Of a stretch of 50,757 nt of DNA, positions 31,455 to 40,552 are shown piece by piece. The translations under genes were made by a program, and so were the position numbers. The stretch comes from an uncultured bacterium. Lineage in GTDB: Bacteria > Patescibacteriota > Minisyncoccia > Moranbacterales > UBA2206. Location of the stretch: assembly GCA_903831805.1 (NCBI GenBank), contig CAIKZD010000006.1:1-50757 (forward strand). Direction: 5' to 3'. Every line of letters starts with the position of its first letter. Position 1 is the first letter of the stretch. Below the pieces are notes generated by a model. It made no database searches. It worked only from the letters and a program-made list of their open reading frames with translations, and was not told the DNA's origin.

Positions 31455-34400
31455 ATGATTTATCCTTGGATTATGGACAATAACAACAAACAGGTTTTCT
31501 ATTCTGAAAACCCCAGACGCTGGATATATTCCCGGCGGACGATTTTTGCCGTGCTGCTTTTTTTGACGGCGCTTTTAGGCATCACCATTGGCAGTGTCAT
31601 TTTAGGGCCGACTTTGCCGGATGTGAATTTGAGTTCGTTGGACCCAATCTATCGCGGAGCCCCGAAAAATCCTACAACCACCACTTTGCCTGCGACGCTG
31701 GCAGTTTCTCAAAATCTGACTTTCCCAGCAAGCGGCACGGAACCGATTGCTAGACCGAAGGCTTTGGGTTTCTATGTCAATTGGGACGATAATAGTTTTA
31801 GTTCGCTGAAAGACAATATCCAAAATATGGACGAACTTGTGCCGGAGTGGCTCCATCTGGGCGACGCGGCCGCGCCTATTATAATCGACGACCAAGCAGC
31901 GCAGGATAAGGCAGTCAGCTACATCAAACAGGTGCGCCCGACTTTGCCGATTGTGCCGCTCATAAACAATTACAACAACGATACGCAGGATTGGGATGCC
32001 GGCCGGTTGACCGCGGCCTTGGTGACACCCGCGGCGCGCACGACTCTCATTTCCAGCCTTTTGAATTTCGTGAATCAAAATAATTTTTCCGGGGTGAGTA
32101 TCGATTTTGAAAACATCCCGCCTGAGCAGCAGGCCAATCTGACGCTATTCATGCAAGAGCTGTATGCTAAGTTTCATCCGCTGAAGTTGGAAGTTTCGCA
32201 GAGTATTCCCTTGGAGGATGACTCTTTTAGCGCGAAGGAGTTGTCAAAATATTGCGATTTTTTGATTCTTATGGCTTATGATGAGCATGCCATTTATGAC
32301 ACAATGCAAGGGCCGATCGCTTCACAAAACTGGATAACCAGCAGTTTGAATCTGCGCCTCAGCGAAGCGCCGATTAATAAATATGTCATAGCCCTTGGCG
32401 GCTATGGTTATGATTGGATAGATAATGAAACGGCCGGCACTGAATTGACTTTCCAGCAGGCGATGGCCATTGCCAAAAAAGCCGGTACCTCGCCAACGCT
32501 TGATCCGGTTTCTCTCAACCCGACTTTCAACTATACCGATGAGAATAAAAAATTGCACCATGTCTGGTTTTTGGATGCAGTCACAGCTTTCAATGAGATG
32601 GCTATTGGAAGAAAAATGGGCGGACCATACGGCTATGCTCTTTGGCGATTGGGAAGTGAGGATCCATCGATTTGGCAAGCTTTCTCCAATCGAGAAAATC
32701 TGACCGGCAGCGGCGCGGATAGTCTGAAGACACTCGAATACGGTTATGATATCAGTTATATCGGCCAAGGTGAGATTTTGAAAATCACCGGTGTTCCGCA
32801 AGCGGGCGCACGCACGGTGACGTTTGATGCGCCGACGGGGTTCATTAAAGAGGAAAACATTTCCAAATTTCCTTCCCCGTACGTGATTAATCGGTGGGGC
32901 GGTGGCGACGCCAATAAGAAAAAAATCGTTCTGACTTTTGATGATGGGCCGGACGAAAAATATACCCCCCAGATTCTCAGCATTTTGAAAAAATATAATG
33001 TTCCAGCCGTTTTCTTTTTGATCGGAGCTAACGCCAACATCAATCCAAATCTAGTGCGGCAGGAGTTTAGCTCGGGCGCGGAAATTGGCAATCATACCTA
33101 TTCCCATCCGAATATCACCGAGATATCCAATCAACAATTGAACTTTGAATTGGGTTCTACTCAGCGTTTGCTTGAAGGGATCCTCGGTAGGAAAACCGTC
33201 CTTTTCCGCCCGCCGTATGCCGAAGATATTGAACCGGCGACGCCTGACCAAGTCAGTCCGTTGGTCTACACTAATAGTGGCGGCTATTACACAGTGGCGA
33301 TGCATATTGATCCGAATGATTGGAGTTCTCCCGGAGTGGATAACATCGTTAGCCGTGTTGTTGATGGAGCAGTTGCCGGCGATGGCAGCGTGGTTCTTTT
33401 GCATGATGGCGGGGGCAATCGCGATCAGACCGTAGCGGCTCTGCCAAAAATCATTGAAAGTTTGCGCTCGCAGGGTTTTCAGTTTGTCGGAGTATCGGAC
33501 TTGATTGGAACGAGTCGCGACAAGCTGATGCCAACAGTTTCTGCCCGGGAAAGATTCTTGGTCTATTCCGGCGCGGCCACGGTTTTCGTAGTGGATTATT
33601 TCAATCGATTTATGCACTTCATGTTTTTGTTAGGAATAATTTTAGGCACGATGCGTTTTCTTTTCATCGGGACGCTGGCGCTCATCCAGTGGGTGCATGC
33701 TCGTCATGGGTTGTTTCGAAAATATGAAAATGTGTATTGTCCGACGGTTGGCGTCATCATCCCCGCTTACAATGAGGAAAAGGTGATTGCGACAACTGTG
33801 CACGCCATTCTCAAATCCACCTATCCCAATATGGAAATAATTGTTGTTGACGATGGTTCAACTGACGCGACATATCAAGTGTTGCGGGAAAATTTTGCCA
33901 ATAATCATCGAGTTAAACTGTTCACTAAGAAAAATGGCGGGAAATCAGAAGCGCTGAATCTGGGAATCCTAAAAACCACCGCGGAAATCGTAGTTACTTT
34001 GGATGCAGACACGGTGTTCCTCGCTAATACCATCTCTAAATTAGTGCGGAAGTTTGTCGATCGGCGCGTGTGGGCGGTGGCCGGCAATGCCAAAGTGGGC
34101 AATCGCATCAATTTGTTGACACGTTGGCAGGCACTGGAATATATCACCAGTCAGAATTTGGATCGGCGCGCTTTTGAAATTATGAATTGCATTACAGTGG
34201 TGCCGGGGGCGGTGGGGGCTTGGCGGCGCGAAGCTATTGTTGAAGCCGGCGGATTTTCCAGTGATACTTTAGCCGAGGACACCGATCTGACTTTCGCTAT
34301 CATTCGGCGCGGCCATCATGTGGCCTATGAAGACGAAGCTTTGGCGTATACGGAAGCGCCTGACACCACCAGAAACTTCATCAAGCAGCGTTTCCGCTGG

Positions 34401-34859
34401 ATGTATGGCACACTACAGACCGTTTGGAAACATCGGGATGTCTGGGGCAGGAAAAAATACGGGGCGTTGGGATTTTTCTCCGTGCCGAACGTTCTGATTT
34501 TTCAGATAATTTTTCCATTAGTCTCGCCCCTCATGGATCTCACTATGATTTTGTCCATCCTGTGGGCGGCGTGGCAAAACCATTATCATCCGATCGATTT
34601 TTCCTCCTTGCACGCTTTTCGGAAAATTTTCATCTACTATTTCTTCTTCTTAGCCATTGATCTTTTGACGGCGGCCATCCCGTTCCTTTTGGAACACAAA
34701 GAAAAATGGTCGCTCATCATTTGGCTGCCACTGCAAAGATTTTATTATCGCCAGTTGATGTATTACGTGGCCATCAAATCAATACTGACGGTCTTACGCG
34801 GCCGCACAGTAGGCTGGGGGAAATTTGAAAGAAAAGCGACAGTGAAAGAAATGGCGTAG
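31455..34859 (+). CDS. Fusion: GH18-like domain + polysaccharide deacetylase (CE4) + processive GT2 (PgaC/IcaA-like)
   Basis: SGVSIDFE, MAYD (GH18); TFDDGP, NHTYSH, FRPPY, LLHD (NodB); DDGS, DAD, AED, QRFRW (GT2); C-terminal TMs. Confidence 0.9.
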   Translation: MIYPWIMDNNNKQVFYSENPRRWIYSRRTIFAVLLFLTALLGITIGSVILGPTLPDVNLSSLDPIYRGAPKNPTTTTLPATLAVSQNLTFPASGTEPIARPKALGFYVNWDDNSFSSLKDNIQNMDELVPEWLHLGDAAAPIIIDDQAAQDKAVSYIKQVRPTLPIVPLINNYNNDTQDWDAGRLTAALVTPAARTTLISSLLNFVNQNNFSGVSIDFENIPPEQQANLTLFMQELYAKFHPLKLEVSQSIPLEDDSFSAKELSKYCDFLILMAYDEHAIYDTMQGPIASQNWITSSLNLRLSEAPINKYVIALGGYGYDWIDNETAGTELTFQQAMAIAKKAGTSPTLDPVSLNPTFNYTDENKKLHHVWFLDAVTAFNEMAIGRKMGGPYGYALWRLGSEDPSIWQAFSNRENLTGSGADSLKTLEYGYDISYIGQGEILKITGVPQAGARTVTFDAPTGFIKEENISKFPSPYVINRWGGGDANKKKIVLTFDDGPDEKYTPQILSILKKYNVPAVFFLIGANANINPNLVRQEFSSGAEIGNHTYSHPNITEISNQQLNFELGSTQRLLEGILGRKTVLFRPPYAEDIEPATPDQVSPLVYTNSGGYYTVAMHIDPNDWSSPGVDNIVSRVVDGAVAGDGSVVLLHDGGGNRDQTVAALPKIIESLRSQGFQFVGVSDLIGTSRDKLMPTVSARERFLVYSGAATVFVVDYFNRFMHFMFLLGIILGTMRFLFIGTLALIQWVHARHGLFRKYENVYCPTVGVIIPAYNEEKVIATTVHAILKSTYPNMEIIVVDDGSTDATYQVLRENFANNHRVKLFTKKNGGKSEALNLGILKTTAEIVVTLDADTVFLANTISKLVRKFVDRRVWAVAGNAKVGNRINLLTRWQALEYITSQNLDRRAFEIMNCITVVPGAVGAWRREAIVEAGGFSSDTLAEDTDLTFAIIRRGHHVAYEDEALAYTEAPDTTRNFIKQRFRWMYGTLQTVWKHRDVWGRKKYGALGFFSVPNVLIFQIIFPLVSPLMDLTMILSILWAAWQNHYHPIDFSSLHAFRKIFIYYFFFLAIDLLTAAIPFLLEHKEKWSLIIWLPLQRFYYRQLMYYVAIKSILTVLRGRTVGWGKFERKATVKEMA

Positions 34860-34871
34860 ATTGTATCAATC

Positions 34872-34914
34872 GCCAAGGTTCGACCTTTGGCATAGCCAAA
34901 GGTCGAACCTTGGC
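34872..34914. repeat. REP doublet (REPIN-like palindrome)
   Basis: gccaaggttcgacctttggc-ata-gccaaaggtcgaaccttggc, 20-bp arms. Confidence 0.7.
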
Positions 34915-34945
34915 TCCAGGAAGAATGAAAAATTATAACTTATCT

Positions 34946-35554
34946 ATGGAACAGACCGGACAATTTATTTTTGCTTTTTTGAAACATTATGGCTATTTTG
35001 TGATGTTGCCGCTCATGATCATTGAAGGGCCGGTGGTGACCATCATGGCCGCTATGCTGGCCAGTCTGGGTGCTTTCTGGTGGCCATTCGTTTTGCTTTT
35101 TTCCATTTTGGGCGACCTGATCGGGGACATGCTTTTCTATGGCTTGGGCCACCGCTATGGCCTGGGCTTTGTGCGGCGCGTCGGAAAATATATCGGTATC
35201 ACGGAAAAATTAGTGACCCGCATGGAAAAATATTTCACGCGTCATGGCGGCAAAACAATCTTTGCAGTCAAATCAACTACGGGTCTGTGTTGGGCGACCT
35301 TTGTGGCGGCCGGCATCGTCAAGATGGATTTCAAAAAATTTGTCAAATATTCTTTTTATGGCGGCATAGTGTGGAGCGGATTTTTGGTGGCCATGGGTTA
35401 TTTCTATGGCTATCTCTGGCGCGAGATGAAAATTTACATCAGCTGGATCGGTTGGATCATATTCGCCGTAGCCGCTGCCTCTATTATTTTTATAAATTTA
35501 TATAAGAACCGCGAAGCGAAAAATCTTTTGAAAAAAGATGGAGAAGAAGAATAA
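34946..35554 (+). CDS. DedA/VTT family membrane protein
   Basis: IEGP, GDLIGDMLFYGLG, YFTRHGGKTIF; start codon uncertain (34925 or 34946). Confidence 0.85.
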   Translation: MEQTGQFIFAFLKHYGYFVMLPLMIIEGPVVTIMAAMLASLGAFWWPFVLLFSILGDLIGDMLFYGLGHRYGLGFVRRVGKYIGITEKLVTRMEKYFTRHGGKTIFAVKSTTGLCWATFVAAGIVKMDFKKFVKYSFYGGIVWSGFLVAMGYFYGYLWREMKIYISWIGWIIFAVAAASIIFINLYKNREAKNLLKKDGEEE

Positions 35555-35836
35555 TGTTTTTATGGAAAACACTCGCCAAAAATCATTGGCGCTTGAAGCG
35601 GTGAAAAAGGTTGCCATGGCTGATCTCCATGCCTGCTATCGCAATTCAGAAATAACGGCCGCCGCCATTGCGCATTATTTGGATGGTTGAGGCGAAGGCA
35701 TTATCAACTTTATCCCACAGGAATTCTATCTTCCTGCGGGGCTTTTTTTAGCCAAAAAGTCTAAAAGTCCGGCATAGTCGTACTAATAGGGCTGGCTATT
35801 TGATAAAAACAGTTAAAAGAGTAGAATAGACACTAT

Positions 35837-36658
35837 ATGGTTAATCAGTTTTACAAAAAAGCGAAAAGTATCTTGTTCGCCGATCCGGAGGAATTATACA
35901 AAGAAGACCACGCAGTCTTGGGTCAGCCTTTTTATTTCCCCGGCACCAATGGCAAGGCCGTTTTGCTCATCCATGGTTGGACGTCGGTCCCTTATGAGTT
36001 GCGGCGGTTGGGTATGTTTCTTAATGAAAAAGGTTATACGGTGATGGCGCCGGTCCTCAAAGGACATGGGACTCATCCGAAAAATCTTAAGGACGTTAAG
36101 TGGGAAGAGTGGCTGATGGATGTTGAAAAAGCATTTTTTGAACTCAAAGAAAAACATAACGAAGTTTATGTGGCTGGTACATCGATGGGGGCGAGCCTGG
36201 CGGCGGTTCTCGCGGCTCGCGGTGCAGACGTGGCGGGAGTTGTCCTGATGGCGATGCCTCATACCGTCCGGCGCGAGAGAGCGGCCACTTGGCTCGCGCG
36301 TTTTGCCAGTCTTTTCAAGACGTATCAAAAAAAATATTATCCGCCAGGGTTTGGTAACAGTGAGTTCATCACTCGGCGCATTTCTTATCAGATTTATCCG
36401 ATCCAGAGTGTGCTGGAGATTTTTCGTCTGGGGCGGACGGTCCGTCAGGAGCTGTCGCGCGTGACGCAACCATGTCTTGTAATGCAATCGACCAGTGACC
36501 ATATCGTAGCGCCGGGGAATCTGGAAAAGATTTTTTCGGAAATAAATTCCAAAATTAAACGCAAAAAATATATCCATAAGGCCTATCATACTTTTATCTC
36601 GGACATCAAAAATGAGCATGTCTTTTCCGATATCTTTAATTTTTTCGAAGAAAATTAG
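35837..36658 (+). CDS. Alpha/beta hydrolase (carboxylesterase/monoacylglycerol lipase-like)
   Basis: LLIHGW, GHGT, GTSMG nucleophile elbow, D and H catalytic residues. Confidence 0.88.
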   Translation: MVNQFYKKAKSILFADPEELYKEDHAVLGQPFYFPGTNGKAVLLIHGWTSVPYELRRLGMFLNEKGYTVMAPVLKGHGTHPKNLKDVKWEEWLMDVEKAFFELKEKHNEVYVAGTSMGASLAAVLAARGADVAGVVLMAMPHTVRRERAATWLARFASLFKTYQKKYYPPGFGNSEFITRRISYQIYPIQSVLEIFRLGRTVRQELSRVTQPCLVMQSTSDHIVAPGNLEKIFSEINSKIKRKKYIHKAYHTFISDIKNEHVFSDIFNFFEEN

Positions 36659-36664
36659 ACGTTG

Positions 36665-37816
36665 ATGCGCATTGCTATTTTCACCAACAACTATCTGCCC
36701 AACCCTTATGGCGTGGCCACTTCGGTGGAAACTTTTCGGCGCGAATTGGAAAAACTGGGCCACCAGGTGTATATTTTTGCGCCCAATTTTCCCGGCTACA
36801 CTGACACAGATGCTCGGGTTTTTCGCTATCCGGCCATTGACATTGAAGTCAAATTTCGTTTTCCCTTGCCTCTGCCCGGATCCTGGAAGATGCGCCGCAT
36901 CTTGAAAAAATTGGATCTGGATATTATCCACGCTCAGCATCCCAATCTCCTCGGCACCACTGCGGCGCGGTGGGCACGGAGAAAAAAAATCCCTTTGGTG
37001 TTCACTTGGCACACACTCTATGACCACTATGTGCATTTTGCGCGTTTTGTGCCTAAGAAAATGACCGCTAGTGTGATCATCGCTCAGGCGGTGCGTTTCG
37101 CCAACCGAGCCGACGCGGTCGTGGTGCCGACGGATTCCATCATTCCAAAATTGCGGGCTTGGGGCGTGACGCAGCAAAATATTTTCCCGGTGGCTACCGG
37201 CGTGGTGGGGGAAGATTTTATAGATTTGGACAGAAATATTATCCGGAAAAAATATGGCATAGCTGCGGATGAAATAGTTTTGTTATCGACGCATCGGCTA
37301 ACAAGTGAGAAGAACATGGAATTTTTGTTCGGCGCACTCGCGCCGGTTTTGCAGAAAGATCGAGTAAAATTTATAGTAGCGGGGGATGGCAACTTAGTGC
37401 CAAAAATTAAAAAACTCTGCCAAGATAATGGAATGGCGGAAAAAGTCTTTTTTTGCGGCGTAGTGCCGCGAGCGGAAATCAAAAACTATTACGCCGCCGC
37501 GGACATTTTCGTCCACGCGTCGACTTCCGAAACGCAGGGAATGGTGCTCACTGAGGCGATGTATTGCGGCCTCCCAATCGTGGCGGTCAACGCCACCGGT
37601 GCCAGCAGTTTGGTGCTCAACAACGGCAATGGTTTTTTAGTAGAAGAGAACGAAAAAGAATTTGCGGAGGCAGTTTTAAAATTGATTGATGATAAAGATC
37701 TCCGCCAAAAGTTCGGCGAAACTTCGGCGCGGATTGCCAAATTGCAATTCACCTCGGAGATTTGTGCGAGGAAGATGGTGGAGGTGTATGAAAATCTTCT
37801 CAAGGCGAGGCCTTAG
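36665..37816 (+). CDS. GT4 glycosyltransferase (diacylglycerol glucosyltransferase-like)
   Basis: MRIAIFTNNYLP..GV, HTLY, SETQGMVLTEAM. Confidence 0.88.
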   Translation: MRIAIFTNNYLPNPYGVATSVETFRRELEKLGHQVYIFAPNFPGYTDTDARVFRYPAIDIEVKFRFPLPLPGSWKMRRILKKLDLDIIHAQHPNLLGTTAARWARRKKIPLVFTWHTLYDHYVHFARFVPKKMTASVIIAQAVRFANRADAVVVPTDSIIPKLRAWGVTQQNIFPVATGVVGEDFIDLDRNIIRKKYGIAADEIVLLSTHRLTSEKNMEFLFGALAPVLQKDRVKFIVAGDGNLVPKIKKLCQDNGMAEKVFFCGVVPRAEIKNYYAAADIFVHASTSETQGMVLTEAMYCGLPIVAVNATGASSLVLNNGNGFLVEENEKEFAEAVLKLIDDKDLRQKFGETSARIAKLQFTSEICARKMVEVYENLLKARP

Positions 37817-38560
37817 GATTATGGTGTATAATTAATCCATGCAAAGAAAAATACCATTTGTTAATGACGAATATCACCACATTTTCAATCGCGGTACGGA
37901 TAAGCGGCCTATTTTTCTTGACCAAGCTGATTATGAAAGGTATCTAATATCAATGTATTTTTTAAATACGCAAGAAGGAAATTTGATGGCTAAATGGCGA
38001 GATTTTAAGAGGCTTAATCGCGCGGCTAGAATTTCTGATTTTAAAATTATAAAACCGGAAGAAAGGTTGGTTGATATTATTTGTTATTGCCTTAATGAAA
38101 ATCACTATCATAAAATTTTAAAACAACTCAAGGATAAGGGAATAGAAACATTCATGCAAAAACTGGGAACGAGTTATGCAATGTATTTTAATAAGAAATA
38201 TAACCGAGTAGGGGCTCTTTTTCAGGGTCCATTCAAGTCTGTTTTCATAGATTCAAATGAATATTTTTTGTACTTATCAGTTTATGTTAATGCTAATAAT
38301 TTTATCCATGACTACAAAAGATTCCAAGGCGAGGCCTTGGGAATTTCCCAAGGCCTCGCCTTGGAATCTTGGCAGTATTGCAGCTTGCCGAATTATTTTG
38401 GACAAAGAGATGGAGTGTTGTGCAATATGAAGCCTATTCTTGATCAATTTAAGAACATTGAAGAGTATAAAGAATTTGTACAGAATAATGCTTTGTATTT
38501 AAAGGATAAAAAAGAATTGGAAAAACTTATCTTGGAATAGTATCCTAAGGCCTCGCCTTG
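37801..38560. mobile_element. RAYT locus: tyrosine transposase gene between perfect 19-bp inverted REP copies
   Basis: caaggcgaggccttaggat at 37801-37819 and its reverse complement at 38542-38560. Confidence 0.8.
37839..38540 (+). CDS. REP-associated tyrosine transposase (Y1_Tnp, IS200-like HUH)
   Basis: YHHIFNRG, YCLNENHYH (HUH), YFNKKYNRVGALFQGPFK, YVNAN. Confidence 0.88.
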   Translation: MQRKIPFVNDEYHHIFNRGTDKRPIFLDQADYERYLISMYFLNTQEGNLMAKWRDFKRLNRAARISDFKIIKPEERLVDIICYCLNENHYHKILKQLKDKGIETFMQKLGTSYAMYFNKKYNRVGALFQGPFKSVFIDSNEYFLYLSVYVNANNFIHDYKRFQGEALGISQGLALESWQYCSLPNYFGQRDGVLCNMKPILDQFKNIEEYKEFVQNNALYLKDKKELEKLILE

Positions 38561-38607
38561 TTTATTTGTTTAAAATACTTTATTTAAGCCAATAAAATCA
38601 CAATCAC

Positions 38608-38636
38608 TGGACAGAAATCCAATTTGGGTGTATAAT
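38608..38636 (+). promoter_or_regulatory. Sigma70-type promoter for the DGR target gene
   Basis: TGGACA-17 nt-TATAAT; GAGGAG RBS before ATG 38724. Confidence 0.6.
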
Positions 38637-38723
38637 ACTATATTATTTTCAAATGCGAAGATAATCCCTGACCCCAGGGCGAGGGGTGGAAAATTGGGCG
38701 AATGAGCCTGAGAGGAGACAGTC

Positions 38724-39644
38724 ATGGGAGATGTGAAAGAAGTTCTTGAAAAATTAAGGGGCATAGATGCGTCTAAACTGCTTGCCGTGGTTGATTTGTT
38801 CGGAAGCAGGGAAATATTAGAGGCGTGTCTGCGTGGCGAGAAAAGGATGACATTGGAAGATGTTATTCGAAAACTTTTCGATCACACCGGCCGTTGCATC
38901 CCGCAACATCTTGGCATAACGAAAAAAGCATGTGACGAGAATCGTGATTTTCACGTTGAATCTTCTATGCGGTATTATGCGACAACTCACGAGCGACTGG
39001 TAAGTTCTTTTCCAGAAGGAACAGAATTTCTTTCAGCAGAAGAATTTGAAAGAAATGCGGAAACGCTCAAGGCAAAATGCATTAGTCATGAACTGATTGG
39101 AAATTTTTTCCAGCGTGCTTGGCCAATTCTTCTGCCTAAACATGATGCGCGAGAGAACTATGGTGCGTCAATGCAGGATTTTATCTTGCCGGCAGTTAAA
39201 GACGCGTATAGAAGGCAGTTTCCCGAGCGAAAATTCACAAATCATCGCGACGGAGAACTGGCCGAAAAAGTTTCCATCATTTCGGGCACCGGTCATGACG
39301 AAGTGGTATCGCTGATGGCTGAAAAATCAGTCGTGGCGTGGTATTCGCCAAATCCATTTCAAGGATTTTCAATTTTCGCCCAGCGCGAAGCGATGAAAAT
39401 TCTGGTACAATATGGATTTTCGTTGGCTGGCGGGGTGGATACGGGAGTTGCAGCTGTTGCCTATACGGGTGAAATGGCGCGCGACTACAAAACGCCGGCA
39501 TGTACATGCAGTGCCATTTCTTGGCGGTCCGCTGACTATTCGCTCCACTTCAACGCGCATGACGACGAGTTCCGCTTCGGCAGCACTGATAACTTGGCTG
39601 ACGCGAATGACCTCAACTCGGGCGGTCTTGTCCTCTTCAGGTAG
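38724..39644 (+). CDS. DGR target protein (C-terminal VR, presumed C-type-lectin-like fold)
   Basis: Last 42 codons are the VR; no signal peptide or TM seen. Confidence 0.9.
   Translation: MGDVKEVLEKLRGIDASKLLAVVDLFGSREILEACLRGEKRMTLEDVIRKLFDHTGRCIPQHLGITKKACDENRDFHVESSMRYYATTHERLVSSFPEGTEFLSAEEFERNAETLKAKCISHELIGNFFQRAWPILLPKHDARENYGASMQDFILPAVKDAYRRQFPERKFTNHRDGELAEKVSIISGTGHDEVVSLMAEKSVVAWYSPNPFQGFSIFAQREAMKILVQYGFSLAGGVDTGVAAVAYTGEMARDYKTPACTCSAISWRSADYSLHFNAHDDEFRFGSTDNLADANDLNSGGLVLFR
39516..39642 (+). repeat. DGR variable repeat (VR)
   Basis: 127-bp ungapped match to 40028-40154 with 9 mismatches. Confidence 0.95.
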
Positions 39645-39714
39645 CGCCGTATTTTGTACTTTGGAACTTTTTCTCTTGGACTGGAACTTTGGTTTTGGTC
39701 TTTGGGAGAAAATG

Positions 39715-39746
39715 GGAGATGTGAATTATATTCTATTCACATCTCC
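39715..39746. other. Hairpin/cruciform downstream of the VR (candidate DGR homing element or terminator)
   Basis: ggagatgtgaat-tatattct-attcacatctcc, 12-bp stem followed by Ts. Confidence 0.65.
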
Positions 39747-40027
39747 TTTTATTTTTGCAAAAAATTTGATAGACTAATTTTGAGAGTAGGCTAATGCACA
39801 ACAGTTTACGCCTGCCTGCCGGTAGGCAAGGATTGTTGTCGCCGAAATTCTATGATTTTCATAGAGCATCAGAATCTTGAGATTACGATTTGCTATTTTT
39901 TCAGATCGCAAGAGTGCATGCGAAGATTATAGGCGCTACTTATTTCTTTTCAGCGCTCACTAGGGGCGGAATAAAATTCAGTCTCGTATATTTTTTGCGA
40001 GGCGGTGCAATGGACGAAAAGGAATAA

Positions 40028-40154
40028 ATTTCTTGGCAGTCCGCTGACTATTCGCTCAACTTCAACGCGAATGACGACGAGTTCAACTTCGACAACACTG
40101 ATAACTTGGCTGACGCGAATGACAACAACTCGGGCGGTCTTGTCCTCTTCAGGT
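40028..40154 (+). repeat. DGR template repeat (TR)
   Basis: AAC-rich; every VR mismatch lies at a TR adenine. Confidence 0.95.
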
Positions 40155-40165
40155 TGCGCTTAAAA

Positions 40166-40192
40166 AAGAGTCCTGATTTTTTCAGGACTCTT
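40166..40192. terminator. Hairpin between TR and the convergent avd gene
   Basis: aagagtcctga-ttttt-tcaggactctt flanked by A and T runs. Confidence 0.65.
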
Positions 40193-40197
40193 ATCTT

Positions 40198-40548
40198 TTA
40201 GTTGAAAGATTTTTGCCAGCCACCAATCATCCGGCCGATTTCTTGGATTTGTTTTTGCAGGGTTAGATATTTTTTATTGTCTAGCATATTGATTTCATTG
40301 GCTAGGCGGATGAAAATTTTCAAAGTGTCGAATTTGATATTCGCTTTTCGGATGTAAGCAATCTTTTCCGGCTTGGGCGCACTGCCGGCGGCAATTAATA
40401 ATTCCAATACAGACAGAATATATAGTTCGCATTTTTCTCCCAGTGTGTATTTATCTTTTTTGGGAAATAATTTAGAGTAGGCATAGAAACTTTTATACAG
40501 CTCGTAAACTTTTTTAATAACCGGTAAATTATTATTGTAATCACTCAT
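40198..40548 (-). CDS. avd: DGR accessory variability determinant (bAvd-like four-helix bundle)
   Basis: 116 aa, basic; LPVIKKVYELYK, FPKKDKYTLG, EIGRMIGGW. Confidence 0.88.
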   Translation of the reverse strand: MSDYNNNLPVIKKVYELYKSFYAYSKLFPKKDKYTLGEKCELYILSVLELLIAAGSAPKPEKIAYIRKANIKFDTLKIFIRLANEINMLDNKKYLTLQKQIQEIGRMIGGWQKSFN

Positions 40549-40552
40549 AAAT

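Noticed and set aside
35554-35690. Short ORF after dedA
   Set aside because: About 42 codons with no recognisable motif; possibly a gene remnant, but unsupported.
35894-37177. 427-aa minus-strand ORF
   Set aside because: Antisense shadow of the well-supported esterase and GT4 genes; no motifs.
39809-39831. cgcctgcctgccggtaggcaagg palindrome between target and TR as a DGR cis element
   Set aside because: It resembles the cctgcc/ggcagg ends of the insert at 48295-48401, so it is more likely a generic dispersed repeat.
39516-40154. VR/TR pair as a CRISPR array or simple duplication
   Set aside because: Only two copies, no spacers, no cas genes; the adenine-only mismatches identify a DGR.
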